In this document: positions 19,536 through 29,345 of the stretch, piece by piece
Layout of the letters: each line of letters opens with the position of its first letter
How positions within the stretch are numbered: position 1 is the first letter of the stretch
NCBI GenBank assembly: GCA_049521795.1
Contig: JBEKOM010000001.1
Span: 256,001 to 320,000 of the forward strand
Source: Candidatus Bathyarchaeia archaeon
Lineage (GTDB): Archaea; Thermoproteota; Bathyarchaeia; Bathyarchaeales; Bathycorpusculaceae
DNA length: 64,000 bases
Reading direction: 5' to 3'
The notes under the pieces: generated by a model
The model's database searches: none
Seen by the model: the letters and a program-made list of their open reading frames with translations, nothing else
Told to the model about the DNA's origin: nothing
Translations under genes and position numbers: made by a program

Positions 19536-20858
19536 ATGCGCATCGTTCCCATACAGAAAGTCTTGAAAGGCCATTTTGAAGGCAAGACAGTGGCGGTTCG
19601 AGGCTGGGTCTACCGCAAGAGGGGAGAGAAGCAGACGATTTTCCTGCTTGTGCGCGATTCGACAGGAATCATTCAGTGTCCAGTGAAGAAAGCAAGCAAG
19701 GCTTGGCCTGAAGCTGAAAAGGCCACGATCGAGTCCTCAGTAACGCTTGAGGGCACAGTCAGAATGGATGCACGAGCTCCTGGCGGGTATGAAGTGTCAG
19801 CTGAGAAACTCTCAATCATCGGGTTGGCAGATCCCTTCCCAATAACCAAAGGCACAAGGGTGACCGTTGGAGAAGAACAGGAGGAAGAAGCGGACACCGA
19901 GGATTTTCTGCGAAATGTTCGGCATCTGTGGCTCCGAAGTCGAGACATGACCCTCATAATGAAAGTGCGCAATGATTTGCTGAGGTTCACGCATGAGTTC
20001 TTCAGAAAACAGGAGTTCGTGGAAGTTTCTCCTCCGATGTTCGTCACGAGCGCTGTTGAAGGCGGGTCAACGCTCTTCGGCCTGAAGTACTTCAACGAGA
20101 ACATGTACTTGACCCAGAGTGCGCAGCTCTATCTTGAAATTCTGATTTACTCACTGGAGAAGGTCTACTGTATCGCTCCGTCTTTCAGAGCTGAAAAAAG
20201 CCGGACAATACGACACCTAAGCGAATACTGGCACATCGAAGCAGAACAGGCATTTGCCGACATGAACGATCTGATGCGGCTTGAGGAAGAACTCCTGGCC
20301 TATGTCTGCAAGAGAACCATGCAGAGTTGCAGACCTCAGTTTGAAGAGCTGGGTTCCGACATGAAGAAACTCCAATCGGTCAAGACGCCGTTCCCAAAAA
20401 TAACCTACACGGAGGCCATTGAGAAGCTGCACGCCAAAGGTCTAAAAACAAAATGGGGCGACGACCTGGGCTACGAGGATGAAAAAGCCCTGGCAGACGA
20501 CTTTGGCAAACCCTTCTTCGTGTACGACTACCCAAAACAGATCAAAGCCTTCTACTGCAAAACATACAGGGACAAGCCGGAAATCGCCATGTCAACAGAC
20601 ATGCTCGTCCCAAGAATAGGCGAGATCTCAACAGGCGGAGCAAGAGAGGACAACAAGGAAGAATTGATCAGAAGAATCAAAGAACAAGGCTTGAAAGCCG
20701 AAGATTACGATTGGTACATCGACCTACGACGATACGGCACCGTTCCACACATGGGTTTCGGAATGGGCGTAGAAAGGGTTCTGATATGGATGCTCGACTT
20801 AAAGAACATAATAGACGCCATACCCTTCCCGAGGACAACCAGACGATTCTACCCATAA
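19536..20858 (+). CDS. asnS: Asparagine--tRNA ligase
   Basis: OB-fold RGWV, YLTQSAQLYLE, FRAEKSRTIRHLSEYWHIEAE, YIDLRRYGTVPHMGFGMGVER. Confidence 0.88.
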   Translation: MRIVPIQKVLKGHFEGKTVAVRGWVYRKRGEKQTIFLLVRDSTGIIQCPVKKASKAWPEAEKATIESSVTLEGTVRMDARAPGGYEVSAEKLSIIGLADPFPITKGTRVTVGEEQEEEADTEDFLRNVRHLWLRSRDMTLIMKVRNDLLRFTHEFFRKQEFVEVSPPMFVTSAVEGGSTLFGLKYFNENMYLTQSAQLYLEILIYSLEKVYCIAPSFRAEKSRTIRHLSEYWHIEAEQAFADMNDLMRLEEELLAYVCKRTMQSCRPQFEELGSDMKKLQSVKTPFPKITYTEAIEKLHAKGLKTKWGDDLGYEDEKALADDFGKPFFVYDYPKQIKAFYCKTYRDKPEIAMSTDMLVPRIGEISTGGAREDNKEELIRRIKEQGLKAEDYDWYIDLRRYGTVPHMGFGMGVERVLIWMLDLKNIIDAIPFPRTTRRFYP

Positions 20859-20894
20859 AGCAACCCTTACAGCCTCGAAAAGACTTTGCCTATG

Positions 20895-20942
20895 TTACTG
20901 CTAGCATTACTGCCAACATTACTTTTAGCATTACTGTTGGCA
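20895..20942. repeat. Four degenerate 12-bp tandem repeats
   Basis: ttactgctagca ttactgccaaca ttacttttagca ttactgttggca between convergent asnS and acs. Confidence 0.8.
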
Positions 20943-20971
20943 CAGTTGAAACGAATTGAGAAAAACGGGAG

Positions 20972-22912
20972 CTACTTCTTCTCCAGCTGTTTCCTCATCT
21001 CTTCGTAGGTCGCCTTGACCTCGTCAACAGAAGCTTCGTCCTCCAACGTCGACACGTCGCCTAAGGGTGCTCCGACTAGTACGGCTTTTAACAGTCTGCG
21101 CATGATTTTTCCACTGCGCGTCTTCGGCAGCTTGTTAACGATCACTATCGCGTCCGGAGTTGCGATCGGACCTATCGTCTCCCTTATGTGCTTCACCAAG
21201 TCCGCGCGCAGCTGGTCTGACGGTTGGAAACCGCTTCTCAGCGTGACAAAAGCCACGGGGACCTCGCCTTTCAACGCGTCTTCCTTGCCCATGACGGCAG
21301 CTTCCGAAACCGCCGGGTGCGAAACAAGCGCGCTCTCAAGCTCCACAGTGCCTATTCTGTGTCCAGCAACCTTCAAGACTTCATCAGCTCTTCCGAGTAG
21401 CCAGAAGTAACCGTCAGGATCTCTCACCGCGTAGTCTCCACTGTAATAGATGTTGGGCCATCTTCCGAAGTACGTCTGCTTGTACCTGTCTGGATCCTTC
21501 CATATCGTTTCAAGCATCCCTGGCCACGGCGTCTTGATCACCAAGAACCCTTTGACACCCGTAGGCGTCTGCTGCCCTTTTTCATCGTAGACCTCTGGGT
21601 AGACGCTTGGCAGAGGATTCGTCGCAGAACCCGGTTTCAGCGGCACAAGCTCTATGCCCGGAACAGGAGATATCATGAAACCGCCCGTTTCAGTCTGCCA
21701 CCAAGTGTCTATAACCGCAAGTTTCTCTTTCCCTATAATACGGTAGTACCACCTCCAAGCCTCGGGGTTTATAGGTTCGCCAACAGTTCCCAAGAGCCTC
21801 AGCGTGCTCAGATCATGCTTCGTCGCCCACTGTTCACCGAACTTCATGAACATCCTGATCGCCGTCGGCGTCGTGTAGAGTATAGTCACCCCGTGCCTCT
21901 CAATCATGCTCCACCATCGATCTTGTGCCGGATAGTCCGGCGTCCCCTCAAAAATGAACGATGTTATTCCCAAGGCCAGAGGAGCGTAAACGTTGTACGT
22001 GTGACCCGTGATCCAGCCTATGTCGGCCGTGCACCACCAAATGTCCTTTTCATTCGGGTTGAAACCCCACTTCAGCGTCCAATATCCCCAGACCAGGTAG
22101 CCGCCGATTCCGTGCAGAACCCCCTTAGGCTTGCCCGTAGTTCCAGACGTGTAAAGTATAAACAGAGGCTCAGTGGCTTCCATCGGCTCAGGCGCAACGT
22201 AAGCATTCGGCTCCACCTTGCTCATCGCTTCATTGTACCAGACGTCGCGGCCTTCCTTCATCGCAACGTTCTGTCCAGTCCTCTTGACCACAATGACTTT
22301 TTGGACGCCGGGCGTGCTCTGCACCGCGCGATCAGTAGTGTCTTTTAGTGCCACCGTTTTTCCACGTCGGTAGGCACCGTCAGCCGTCACCAGAATCTTT
22401 GCCTCACAGTCGTTTATCCTGTCTGCAAGGGCTTCCGCGCTGAAACCTGAAAAAACCACCGTGTGCACGGCACCCAGGCGAGCACACGCTAACAACGTGA
22501 TCGGAAGTTCAGGGATCATGGGCAGGTAGACGGCCACTCTGTCGCCTCTTTTAAGGCCTAGGTCTTTGAAGACTTTGGCGAGCTTGTTCACTTCCCGATA
22601 AAGTTGATAGTACGTGAAGGTCCGGACCTCTCCGTCCTCGCCTTCCCAAATGTAAGCCAGCATGTTCTTTCTGGACGTTTCCAGGTGCCTGTCAAGCGCG
22701 TTGTAACATATGTTCAGAATGCCGCCTGAAAACCACTTGTAGAACGGCTTGTTCGAATCATCCAAAACTTTGTCCCATGTTTTGAACCAGTCTATGGCCT
22801 TTGCCTTTTCCGCCCAAAACTCCTGTGGGTTCTTTATTGACTTTTCCCATTCCGCCTTGAGGATTTTCCCAGGATAGACCTTCTCATTAAACGGTAAGCT
22901 TGCTTCTGACAT
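20972..22912 (-). CDS. acs: Acetyl-CoA synthetase (AMP-forming)
   Basis: YTSGTTGKPKG, DTWWQTETGG, GHRIGT, LPKTRSGKIMRR. Confidence 0.95.
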   Translation of the reverse strand: MSEASLPFNEKVYPGKILKAEWEKSIKNPQEFWAEKAKAIDWFKTWDKVLDDSNKPFYKWFSGGILNICYNALDRHLETSRKNMLAYIWEGEDGEVRTFTYYQLYREVNKLAKVFKDLGLKRGDRVAVYLPMIPELPITLLACARLGAVHTVVFSGFSAEALADRINDCEAKILVTADGAYRRGKTVALKDTTDRAVQSTPGVQKVIVVKRTGQNVAMKEGRDVWYNEAMSKVEPNAYVAPEPMEATEPLFILYTSGTTGKPKGVLHGIGGYLVWGYWTLKWGFNPNEKDIWWCTADIGWITGHTYNVYAPLALGITSFIFEGTPDYPAQDRWWSMIERHGVTILYTTPTAIRMFMKFGEQWATKHDLSTLRLLGTVGEPINPEAWRWYYRIIGKEKLAVIDTWWQTETGGFMISPVPGIELVPLKPGSATNPLPSVYPEVYDEKGQQTPTGVKGFLVIKTPWPGMLETIWKDPDRYKQTYFGRWPNIYYSGDYAVRDPDGYFWLLGRADEVLKVAGHRIGTVELESALVSHPAVSEAAVMGKEDALKGEVPVAFVTLRSGFQPSDQLRADLVKHIRETIGPIATPDAIVIVNKLPKTRSGKIMRRLLKAVLVGAPLGDVSTLEDEASVDEVKATYEEMRKQLEKK

Positions 22913-22954
22913 CTTCCAACCTTCGGCGAGTTCGTGGAAAGACCTTCTTTCGAA

Positions 22955-22970
22955 AATATAAACGTTTTTG
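22955..22970 (-). promoter_or_regulatory. BRE-TATA promoter of acs
   Basis: Minus strand CAAAAACG-TTTATATT, about 45 nt upstream of the acs start. Confidence 0.55.
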
Positions 22971-22996
22971 GTTGAAAACAGAAAGGGGAAAGGCTT

Positions 22997-23578
22997 CTAC
23001 TTGTTCATAGGACCTATTGGCAAGAAAGCTTTTCCATGGGCCTCGTTAAGTACTTCAGCCAAGCCCAAGTAAACCGCGCTGAGTCCACAAACGACTCCTT
23101 CGTAACCTGTTATATTCAGAAGTGTCGCATTCCCCGTAATCTGACTGGCAGTTAGCATGAAGAAGAGTATAGCTAGGCTCATGAAGACAAATTGTATTGC
23201 TCTGTTTGCTTTCAATGTTCCAAAGAACATTACAAATGTGAATAAGCCCCACATGAAGAAGTATGCCGCCATAGCTTGCGAATCATCAAAGGAGTTTGGC
23301 AATCCCGGAACTAGTTTTGGCAGCAAGATCAGGAAAACAATTGACCACCAGAAGAAACCATAAGAGGAAAATGCGACCGTACCAAACGTGTTACCTTTCT
23401 TAAACTCCATTGCACCTGCTATTATTTGAGCCAGCCCTCCGTAAGCCAACCCCATCGCCAAGATCATGCTTAAAGAGGTTGACAATAACAATCCGGCGTT
23501 GAAGAGATTCAACAGAACAGTCGTTAGACCGAATGCCAAAAGTCCAAGTGGTGCTGGATTTGCCAATTTTTCGCTCAT
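22997..23578 (-). CDS. satP: Acetate uptake transporter (SatP/YaaH/GPR1-FUN34 family)
   Basis: [34 protein letters not shown]. Confidence 0.9.
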   Translation of the reverse strand: MSEKLANPAPLGLLAFGLTTVLLNLFNAGLLLSTSLSMILAMGLAYGGLAQIIAGAMEFKKGNTFGTVAFSSYGFFWWSIVFLILLPKLVPGLPNSFDDSQAMAAYFFMWGLFTFVMFFGTLKANRAIQFVFMSLAILFFMLTASQITGNATLLNITGYEGVVCGLSAVYLGLAEVLNEAHGKAFLPIGPMNK

Positions 23579-23633
23579 TTCTCTTCAGCCCATCAATCCT
23601 ATTGTTAGACGCACTTCTCACATTGCTCCGAAT

Positions 23634-26399
23634 TTAAGTCTTTCTAGACATGCCTCTGCTGCTTGTTATCCACTTTGCAGTCTCCAGTGAACCGAACGTT
23701 ATCGCCGTGAACAGTGCTGCAAACGCCCAATCGAGTGGTTCAGGTGCCGACACGCTGAAGACAGCGTTTAGACCTGGTGTGTAGAGCACAATAAGCTGGA
23801 GGAAGAACGACGAGAGCACAGCGTACCACAGAAATTTGTTTTTGAAAACACCCACTTTCCACACGGGATATTTCAGCGACCGGGCAGAAATAGCGTTGGC
23901 CAGCTCCATTAAAATCATGGCGGTCAGCAGCTGAGTTCGAGCCTCTACTAGCTGCGCTGAGCCTTCCCACGGTCGATAGAAAAAGTATCCAAACAGAAGC
24001 AGAACAGCCATCAGTATCGGAATCAGCGACAGGTAGAGTTTGACATCGAGTGTGAAGACACTTTCGTTTGGGTCACGCGGTTTCCTCTCCATTATATCAG
24101 GGTCACCCGGATCAATGCCCAGCGCGATCGCCGGTAAACCATCTGTGGTAAGGTTCACCCAGAGCAATTGTGTCGCAGTCAAAGCTATCGTTGCGACACC
24201 GATGTCGGCGGCGCTGGCGTTCGGCGAATAGATCCTTGCAAGACCTGGAACAGAGACCACCGCTATGAAGATGACCAAGATTTCCATTATGTTGCAACGC
24301 ATAAGGTACGTGAGGTACTTCTTGATATTGTCATATATTTCACGTCCTTCTTTTGCAGCCTTGACTATCGAGGCAAAGTTGTCGTCCGTTAAGACTATGT
24401 CCGACGCCTCTTTGGTCACATCAGTTCCCGTTATGCCCATAGAAACGCCTACGTCTGACATCTTGAGAGCCGGCGCGTCATTAACACCATCACCAGTCAT
24501 GGCCACGATGCGGCCCTTCGCTTTCCAAGCCTTAACTATCCGCACCTTATGCTCGGGCGAAACGCGCGCATAGATCACAACTCGCTCAACCATGTCAGCC
24601 AACTGTTCATCGCTCAACTCTTCCAGCTCAGCGCCTGTCAACACCTTTTTTTCCTCTTCGCCATCACCAAGCAGATTGAGCTCCTTAGCCACTGCCACTG
24701 CCGTAAGCCTATGATCACCCGTTACCATCACAACGTCTATCCCGGCTTTCTTGCACGTACATATCGCATCCTTCACCTCTTCGCGCGGCGGGTCAATCAT
24801 GCTCATAATGCCGACAAAAACAAAGCCCCTCTCAATCTCCTCATCGAATACAGGCACTGTTTCAGGCAGTTCTTTGAAGGCAAACCCTAAGTTCCTCAAG
24901 GCTTGTCTCGCCATGGCCTCATTCACTTCAAGGATTCGCGCCCGACCATTCTCAGTGAGATCAGAAACTTTGCCACCTGCCAAAACCTTTGTGCATTTGT
25001 CCAATACTGCTTCAGGCGCTCCTTTCAAGTAGGCGATTTTCTTGCCAGACACCACGTGCATGGTCGTCATGCGTTTTGTCTCTGAAGAGAACGGGATCTC
25101 CCCGACACGGGGCTGCTGCTTTTCCAAGTCCTCCTTCCACAACCCGGCTTTGGCCGCTCCGACGATCAACGCTCCCTCTGTGGGGTCTCCCCTGATGACC
25201 CATCTTTCCGTGGCAGTGTCTCTTTGCAGTTTCGCGTCATTACACAGTGCGGCAACAGTCAGAATTGTGCGCAATCCCTCACTTTCCGGGTCGAATTTGC
25301 GGTTTTCCAAGAGAAATTCACCTTTTGGCTCATAGCCGATCCCTGAAACTTTCAAGACCTGATCATCCACGTAGATTCTCTGCACTGTCATTTCGCCTTT
25401 CGTCATCGTTCCCGTCTTATCAGAGCATATGACACTGACGCAGCCCAGCGTTTCAACGGCTGGCAATTTCCTGACTATCGTGTTCACCTTGGCCATGCGG
25501 TACATGCCCACTGCAAGTGCTCCCGCCACGATGGCTGGCAATGCTTCAGGAACCGCAGCAACTGCCAAGCTTACTCCCCACAACATCATGTCAATGATGT
25601 TACTGCCTTCAACGATGCCTAGACCGGCCACTCCTAGACAGATCGCCACGCACAGTATTCCGATCCATTTGCCGACCGATCGAGTTCTCTTCTCAAGCGG
25701 AGTTTCCTCTTCCTCAGCCATCTGCACCATCCTAGCGATCTTTCCAAACTCTGTGTTCATTCCTGTCGATGTAGCAACTGCTTCACCTCGACCGTAAACG
25801 ACAACCGTTCCCGCGAAAACCATGTTTCGACGTTCGCCAAGCGAAGTTTTTTCAACGCACACGTCAACATTCTTCTTCACAGGAGAAGATTCGCCTGTCA
25901 ACGGAGCTTCATTCACCTTAAGATTAATGGATTCTATCAATCGTGCATCAGCTGGAACCCTATCCCCAGTGTACAAAAGCACGATATCTCCAGGAACAAT
26001 TTCGCTCGCCGGAACCTTGACTTCTTTGCCATCGCGCAACAATGCTGCAATTGGCGCTGTCATCTTCTTCAAAGCTTCAACAGCCTTTTCGGAACGAAAC
26101 TCCTCCGCAAAACCCAAGATCGCTGTGGCCAACACTATGGCAATTATGACTACTACGTCTATCCATTCGCCAATGGCTATTGAGAGAGCTGTAGCGATCA
26201 GCAATATGACCACAAGTATGTCCTTGAACTGCTCAGCAAACATCTTTGCCGGAGAGGCATGCTTTTCCTTTCGCAGCTCATTCAGACCGTATTCGCTCAA
26301 GCGTTTTTGCGCTTCTCCCTGACTCAAGCCGGCCTCAGAAGAGTTCAACGCTTTGAGCGTTTCTTCCAGATTCATCGTATACCAAGATTCTGAGGTCAA
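23634..26399 (-). CDS. P-type ATPase, type IIA (Ca2+-transporting-like)
   Basis: LTGES, VPEALP, CSDKTGT, KGAPE, MTGDGVNDAPAL, WVNLTTDG. Confidence 0.93.
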   Translation of the reverse strand: MTSESWYTMNLEETLKALNSSEAGLSQGEAQKRLSEYGLNELRKEKHASPAKMFAEQFKDILVVILLIATALSIAIGEWIDVVVIIAIVLATAILGFAEEFRSEKAVEALKKMTAPIAALLRDGKEVKVPASEIVPGDIVLLYTGDRVPADARLIESINLKVNEAPLTGESSPVKKNVDVCVEKTSLGERRNMVFAGTVVVYGRGEAVATSTGMNTEFGKIARMVQMAEEEETPLEKRTRSVGKWIGILCVAICLGVAGLGIVEGSNIIDMMLWGVSLAVAAVPEALPAIVAGALAVGMYRMAKVNTIVRKLPAVETLGCVSVICSDKTGTMTKGEMTVQRIYVDDQVLKVSGIGYEPKGEFLLENRKFDPESEGLRTILTVAALCNDAKLQRDTATERWVIRGDPTEGALIVGAAKAGLWKEDLEKQQPRVGEIPFSSETKRMTTMHVVSGKKIAYLKGAPEAVLDKCTKVLAGGKVSDLTENGRARILEVNEAMARQALRNLGFAFKELPETVPVFDEEIERGFVFVGIMSMIDPPREEVKDAICTCKKAGIDVVMVTGDHRLTAVAVAKELNLLGDGEEEKKVLTGAELEELSDEQLADMVERVVIYARVSPEHKVRIVKAWKAKGRIVAMTGDGVNDAPALKMSDVGVSMGITGTDVTKEASDIVLTDDNFASIVKAAKEGREIYDNIKKYLTYLMRCNIMEILVIFIAVVSVPGLARIYSPNASAADIGVATIALTATQLLWVNLTTDGLPAIALGIDPGDPDIMERKPRDPNESVFTLDVKLYLSLIPILMAVLLLFGYFFYRPWEGSAQLVEARTQLLTAMILMELANAISARSLKYPVWKVGVFKNKFLWYAVLSSFFLQLIVLYTPGLNAVFSVSAPEPLDWAFAALFTAITFGSLETAKWITSSRGMSRKT

Positions 26400-26588
26400 C
26401 TAAACGCTTCCCTAGTCTCTGCAGACCCAATGACTTTGGCCAGAAAATATATTCCTTTCTAAGAAACCAGCTAGGAGCAACACTGAACCTTCACTTGAGA
26501 ACGTGATCCCATTGACGACCCTCCTCGCTTCGCTGCTCGCGGCAATGATCATCAAATGCGACCTGTTGGAGAGGGGGTCAACCACCCG

Positions 26589-27224
26589 CTAGCCCAACTG
26601 TTTTCCATTTGCCAACTTTGCCTTCAGAAGGACTATTGTCTCAAAAAGCGGCAGGTCTCTTTTCGCAACAATCTTTACCGTCAAACCTCTCTCCTTGAAC
26701 CTGCGGAAGGTCTCTTCAACGTTTGACAGCGTTGACTGCATCAGCAAGATTTCACCGTTTTGTTTCAGGTATTTCGGAGCCTCGCGGATGAAACTGTCAA
26801 TTACGTCACGTCCAGAGGCGCCTCCTGCCCAAGCTCGGGCAAGCCAGGAGCTCTCTCCAACCTCTTCGGACGGGAGATATGGAGCGTTGAAAAGGATCAG
26901 GCCGAACCTCCCCCCGACTCTTATTGGTCCAAACAAGTCTCCCTGCGTGAGAGAGATCTTGTCAGAGGCGTGATTCAGCTTGGCGTTTTCTTTCGCGCAA
27001 GAGACAGCATAAGGGTTTATGTCTACCGCTAGTACTTCGTCCGCCTTCGCTGCCGCCAGGATACCCAATATTCCGCAGCCGGTTCCCATGTCAATAACTC
27101 TTTCTTTCTCTCTAACCTGCAGATTCTCAGCGAAGAGGAACGAATCTTCGGCGGGTTCGTAGACGTTCTCTCCAACTTGGAAAACGCAGTTCGCAAAGAA
27201 GATTCGCCTATTCGACGAGGACAT
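26589..27224 (-). CDS. HemK2/Mtq2-like (release factor glutamine) methyltransferase
   Basis: VYEPAEDSFL, DMGTGCG, FNAPYLP, AWAGG. Confidence 0.88.
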   Translation of the reverse strand: MSSSNRRIFFANCVFQVGENVYEPAEDSFLFAENLQVREKERVIDMGTGCGILGILAAAKADEVLAVDINPYAVSCAKENAKLNHASDKISLTQGDLFGPIRVGGRFGLILFNAPYLPSEEVGESSWLARAWAGGASGRDVIDSFIREAPKYLKQNGEILLMQSTLSNVEETFRRFKERGLTVKIVAKRDLPLFETIVLLKAKLANGKQLG

Positions 27225-28029
27225 CCGCTAACGCTCCGAAATCCTCAGGCGCCAGTTCCCTAACCCGCATGTCACGAAAAGGAAGTGTTTCAACAACCTT
27301 ACATGCTTCTTCTTTGGATAGAAGCCGTACATGTTTCAGGTACGGCAACACCGCGTTCCTGACCTTCTTATTTCGTTGCGTAAAGAGCATTTGCGCAATT
27401 CTCTTGAAAGCGGCTTCATTTTCCAGCTTATGCAGCCTCGATCTTCTCGGAGTCAAGCGAGTGACGACAGAATCTACTTTTGGCGGCGGATAGAACATGG
27501 ATTTGGGAACATCGTCTAGAAGCTCAACCTCAGCCCGAAAGTATGTCAAGACCGTAAGCCACCCGTAGTCTCGATTTCCCACTGAAGCTGCAAGACGATT
27601 TGCAAACTCTTTTTGGAAGACCAACACTGCACGGTCAAACTCTTGGTTCAAGATCCATAGGAGCAGACGTGAAGAGATGTTGTAGGGTGGAGTCGAAACA
27701 ATCTTGTTGAACTGAGGAATACTAACTCTGAGTATGTTACCCTCAATGATTTTCACGTTGAAGAAGTGAGAAAGTTGTCGACGCAAAACAGTTGCGAGTT
27801 CTGGGTCAGCCTCAACAGCTACGACGTTTCTGCACTTGTCCGCCAGGAAACGCGTCAAGAAGCCTAAGCCCGCGCCAATATCCAGCACCGTGTCGTTCCG
27901 GTCCAGTGAAGCGTAATTGACCATGAGTTGATAGATTGAAGGTTCGATCAAGAAGTTTTGTCCAAAAGCCTTTTTCGGCTGGCTTCGATGGCTTCGAAGT
28001 AGTGACTTCGTCCTTTCTAAGAGACTCAT
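27208..28029 (-). CDS. rsmA: 16S rRNA dimethyladenosine transferase RsmA/KsgA/Dim1
   Basis: FGQNFL, DIGAGLG, FQKEFA, YGWLTV, FYPPPKVDS, FTQRNK; conserved operon position. Confidence 0.9.
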   Translation of the reverse strand: MSLLERTKSLLRSHRSQPKKAFGQNFLIEPSIYQLMVNYASLDRNDTVLDIGAGLGFLTRFLADKCRNVVAVEADPELATVLRRQLSHFFNVKIIEGNILRVSIPQFNKIVSTPPYNISSRLLLWILNQEFDRAVLVFQKEFANRLAASVGNRDYGWLTVLTYFRAEVELLDDVPKSMFYPPPKVDSVVTRLTPRRSRLHKLENEAAFKRIAQMLFTQRNKKVRNAVLPYLKHVRLLSKEEACKVVETLPFRDMRVRELAPEDFGALADVLVE

Positions 28030-28056
28030 ATCCACCAGTTAGTTGATTTGACCGCG

Positions 28057-28626
28057 CTACTGGGCCCTCGTAAACAACCGATACTTGCCGTCGCTGCTCA
28101 GTTCTTCCATAACCCGCTTCGTGATCAGCTTAACGGGATTCGGCAGCTCCGTGCGTTTCTGCAGGTCTTCAAAGTTTTCGAAGGGTTTTCTCTCGCGCTG
28201 GTTAATGACTTGCCACATGTATTTCTTGCCAATACCGGGAACCAACTCCAGCGCGTGCATTCTTGGCGTCACAGCCCGTGCCGTGTTGAAGAATTGAACG
28301 AACCATTCTTCACGGTTCAACACTATTCGGCCGATCACAGTTGAAAGCTCTGTTCGCGCAGCAGCCGTCAGTTCCTCGTAACCTATCCGCCCGATTATGT
28401 AGGTGATTTCCTCACGCGCCTCCTTTCCAACGAAAACACGGTCGTTAGGCTTAAGCATCACACCCTCTTTGACCAAGGCTTCCAAGAGGGTGAAGAACTC
28501 CTCCCCCACCAGTTGCACCAAGGCTCCCGCTCGATAACCAGCCCGGCCTGAAACGTGCACGCCCGGACGCCCATGGGGCAGAAAGTCCAGTATGTAAGCG
28601 TACTCTTCGTACCGCTTCTCCATCAT
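28057..28626 (-). CDS. DUF655 putative RNA-binding protein
   Basis: EEYAYILDFL, GEEFFTLLE, RMHALELVPGIGKK, PFENFEDL; downstream of rpoF. Confidence 0.9.
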   Translation of the reverse strand: MMEKRYEEYAYILDFLPHGRPGVHVSGRAGYRAGALVQLVGEEFFTLLEALVKEGVMLKPNDRVFVGKEAREEITYIIGRIGYEELTAAARTELSTVIGRIVLNREEWFVQFFNTARAVTPRMHALELVPGIGKKYMWQVINQRERKPFENFEDLQKRTELPNPVKLITKRVMEELSSDGKYRLFTRAQ

Positions 28627-28694
28627 AGTCATAATCGCCTATAGATAGTCTCTTACTGTTTAAAAATCTAGTTGAAGTTAGGATTAACAACTCA

Positions 28695-29033
28695 CTATTT
28701 CAGTTTTCGATGTTCATTCAGCAGGTTGACTATTGCCTCTAACTTTGCGGTTTCAATGATTTTGCGACCTCCAGCCAGAAAAACCCTCAATTCCTCAATG
28801 CTCTTCGGCATGCAGTTGACTATTTCGATGGCCTCCACCTCTTCCAAACCGAAATCCGTCATAAGCTTTTCCACGAGTTTTTCGCCTGCCTCGGCGTCAA
28901 CCTTCGCAAATTTGGACACGTAATCGAACGTGCGGCGCTGGAGCTGGTCAAGGTTTTCTTCGCCGATAGTCTCCATTATCTTCTTGACCTGTGGCAGCGT
29001 GAGCTTCTTTTCTGTTATTTCTCTTTTAGACAT
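28695..29033 (-). CDS. rpoF: RNA polymerase subunit Rpo4 (RpoF)
   Basis: YVSKFAK, IVNCMPKSIEELR; between rpl21e and DUF655. Confidence 0.88.
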   Translation of the reverse strand: MSKREITEKKLTLPQVKKIMETIGEENLDQLQRRTFDYVSKFAKVDAEAGEKLVEKLMTDFGLEEVEAIEIVNCMPKSIEELRVFLAGGRKIIETAKLEAIVNLLNEHRKLK

Positions 29034-29034
29034 A

Positions 29035-29331
29035 TTAATCGCTCTTATACGGTTCTAAATGTTCAGGCCTAACGATGATCTCTCTGATAGCGTCTCCCTG
29101 TGAAACGCTTACCACGTAGCTTCTTCCCCGTTTATTGAGTATAGTGCCAACTCTACCATGATAGCGCCTGTGAGGCATTCCCTTCTGAACGCTTGAGTCG
29201 ATCTTGACAACCACTTGAGTCCCAGGCTGATACTCGTAGAGCAGCTTGCTGAGCTTCATCTTGCCATGCTCCCTAGGTTCCTTCTTGAAAAGGCGACGCG
29301 TACCAGAACGATAACCTTTTGATTTTCTCAC
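29035..29331 (-). CDS. rpl21e: 50S ribosomal protein L21e
   Basis: SKGYRSGTR, KGMPHRRYHGRVG, VRPEHL. Confidence 0.96.
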   Translation of the reverse strand: MRKSKGYRSGTRRLFKKEPREHGKMKLSKLLYEYQPGTQVVVKIDSSVQKGMPHRRYHGRVGTILNKRGRSYVVSVSQGDAIREIIVRPEHLEPYKSD

Positions 29332-29345
29332 TTTTTCGCCAACTC

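Noticed and set aside
20895-20942. Possible mini-CRISPR at the 12-bp (and 13-bp, 45625) tandem arrays
   Set aside because: Units are too short, there are no spacers and no cas genes in the window
26400-26590. yybP-ykoY (Mn2+) riboswitch upstream of the P-type ATPase
   Set aside because: Consensus elements not found, and a TATA-like box lies downstream of the hairpin
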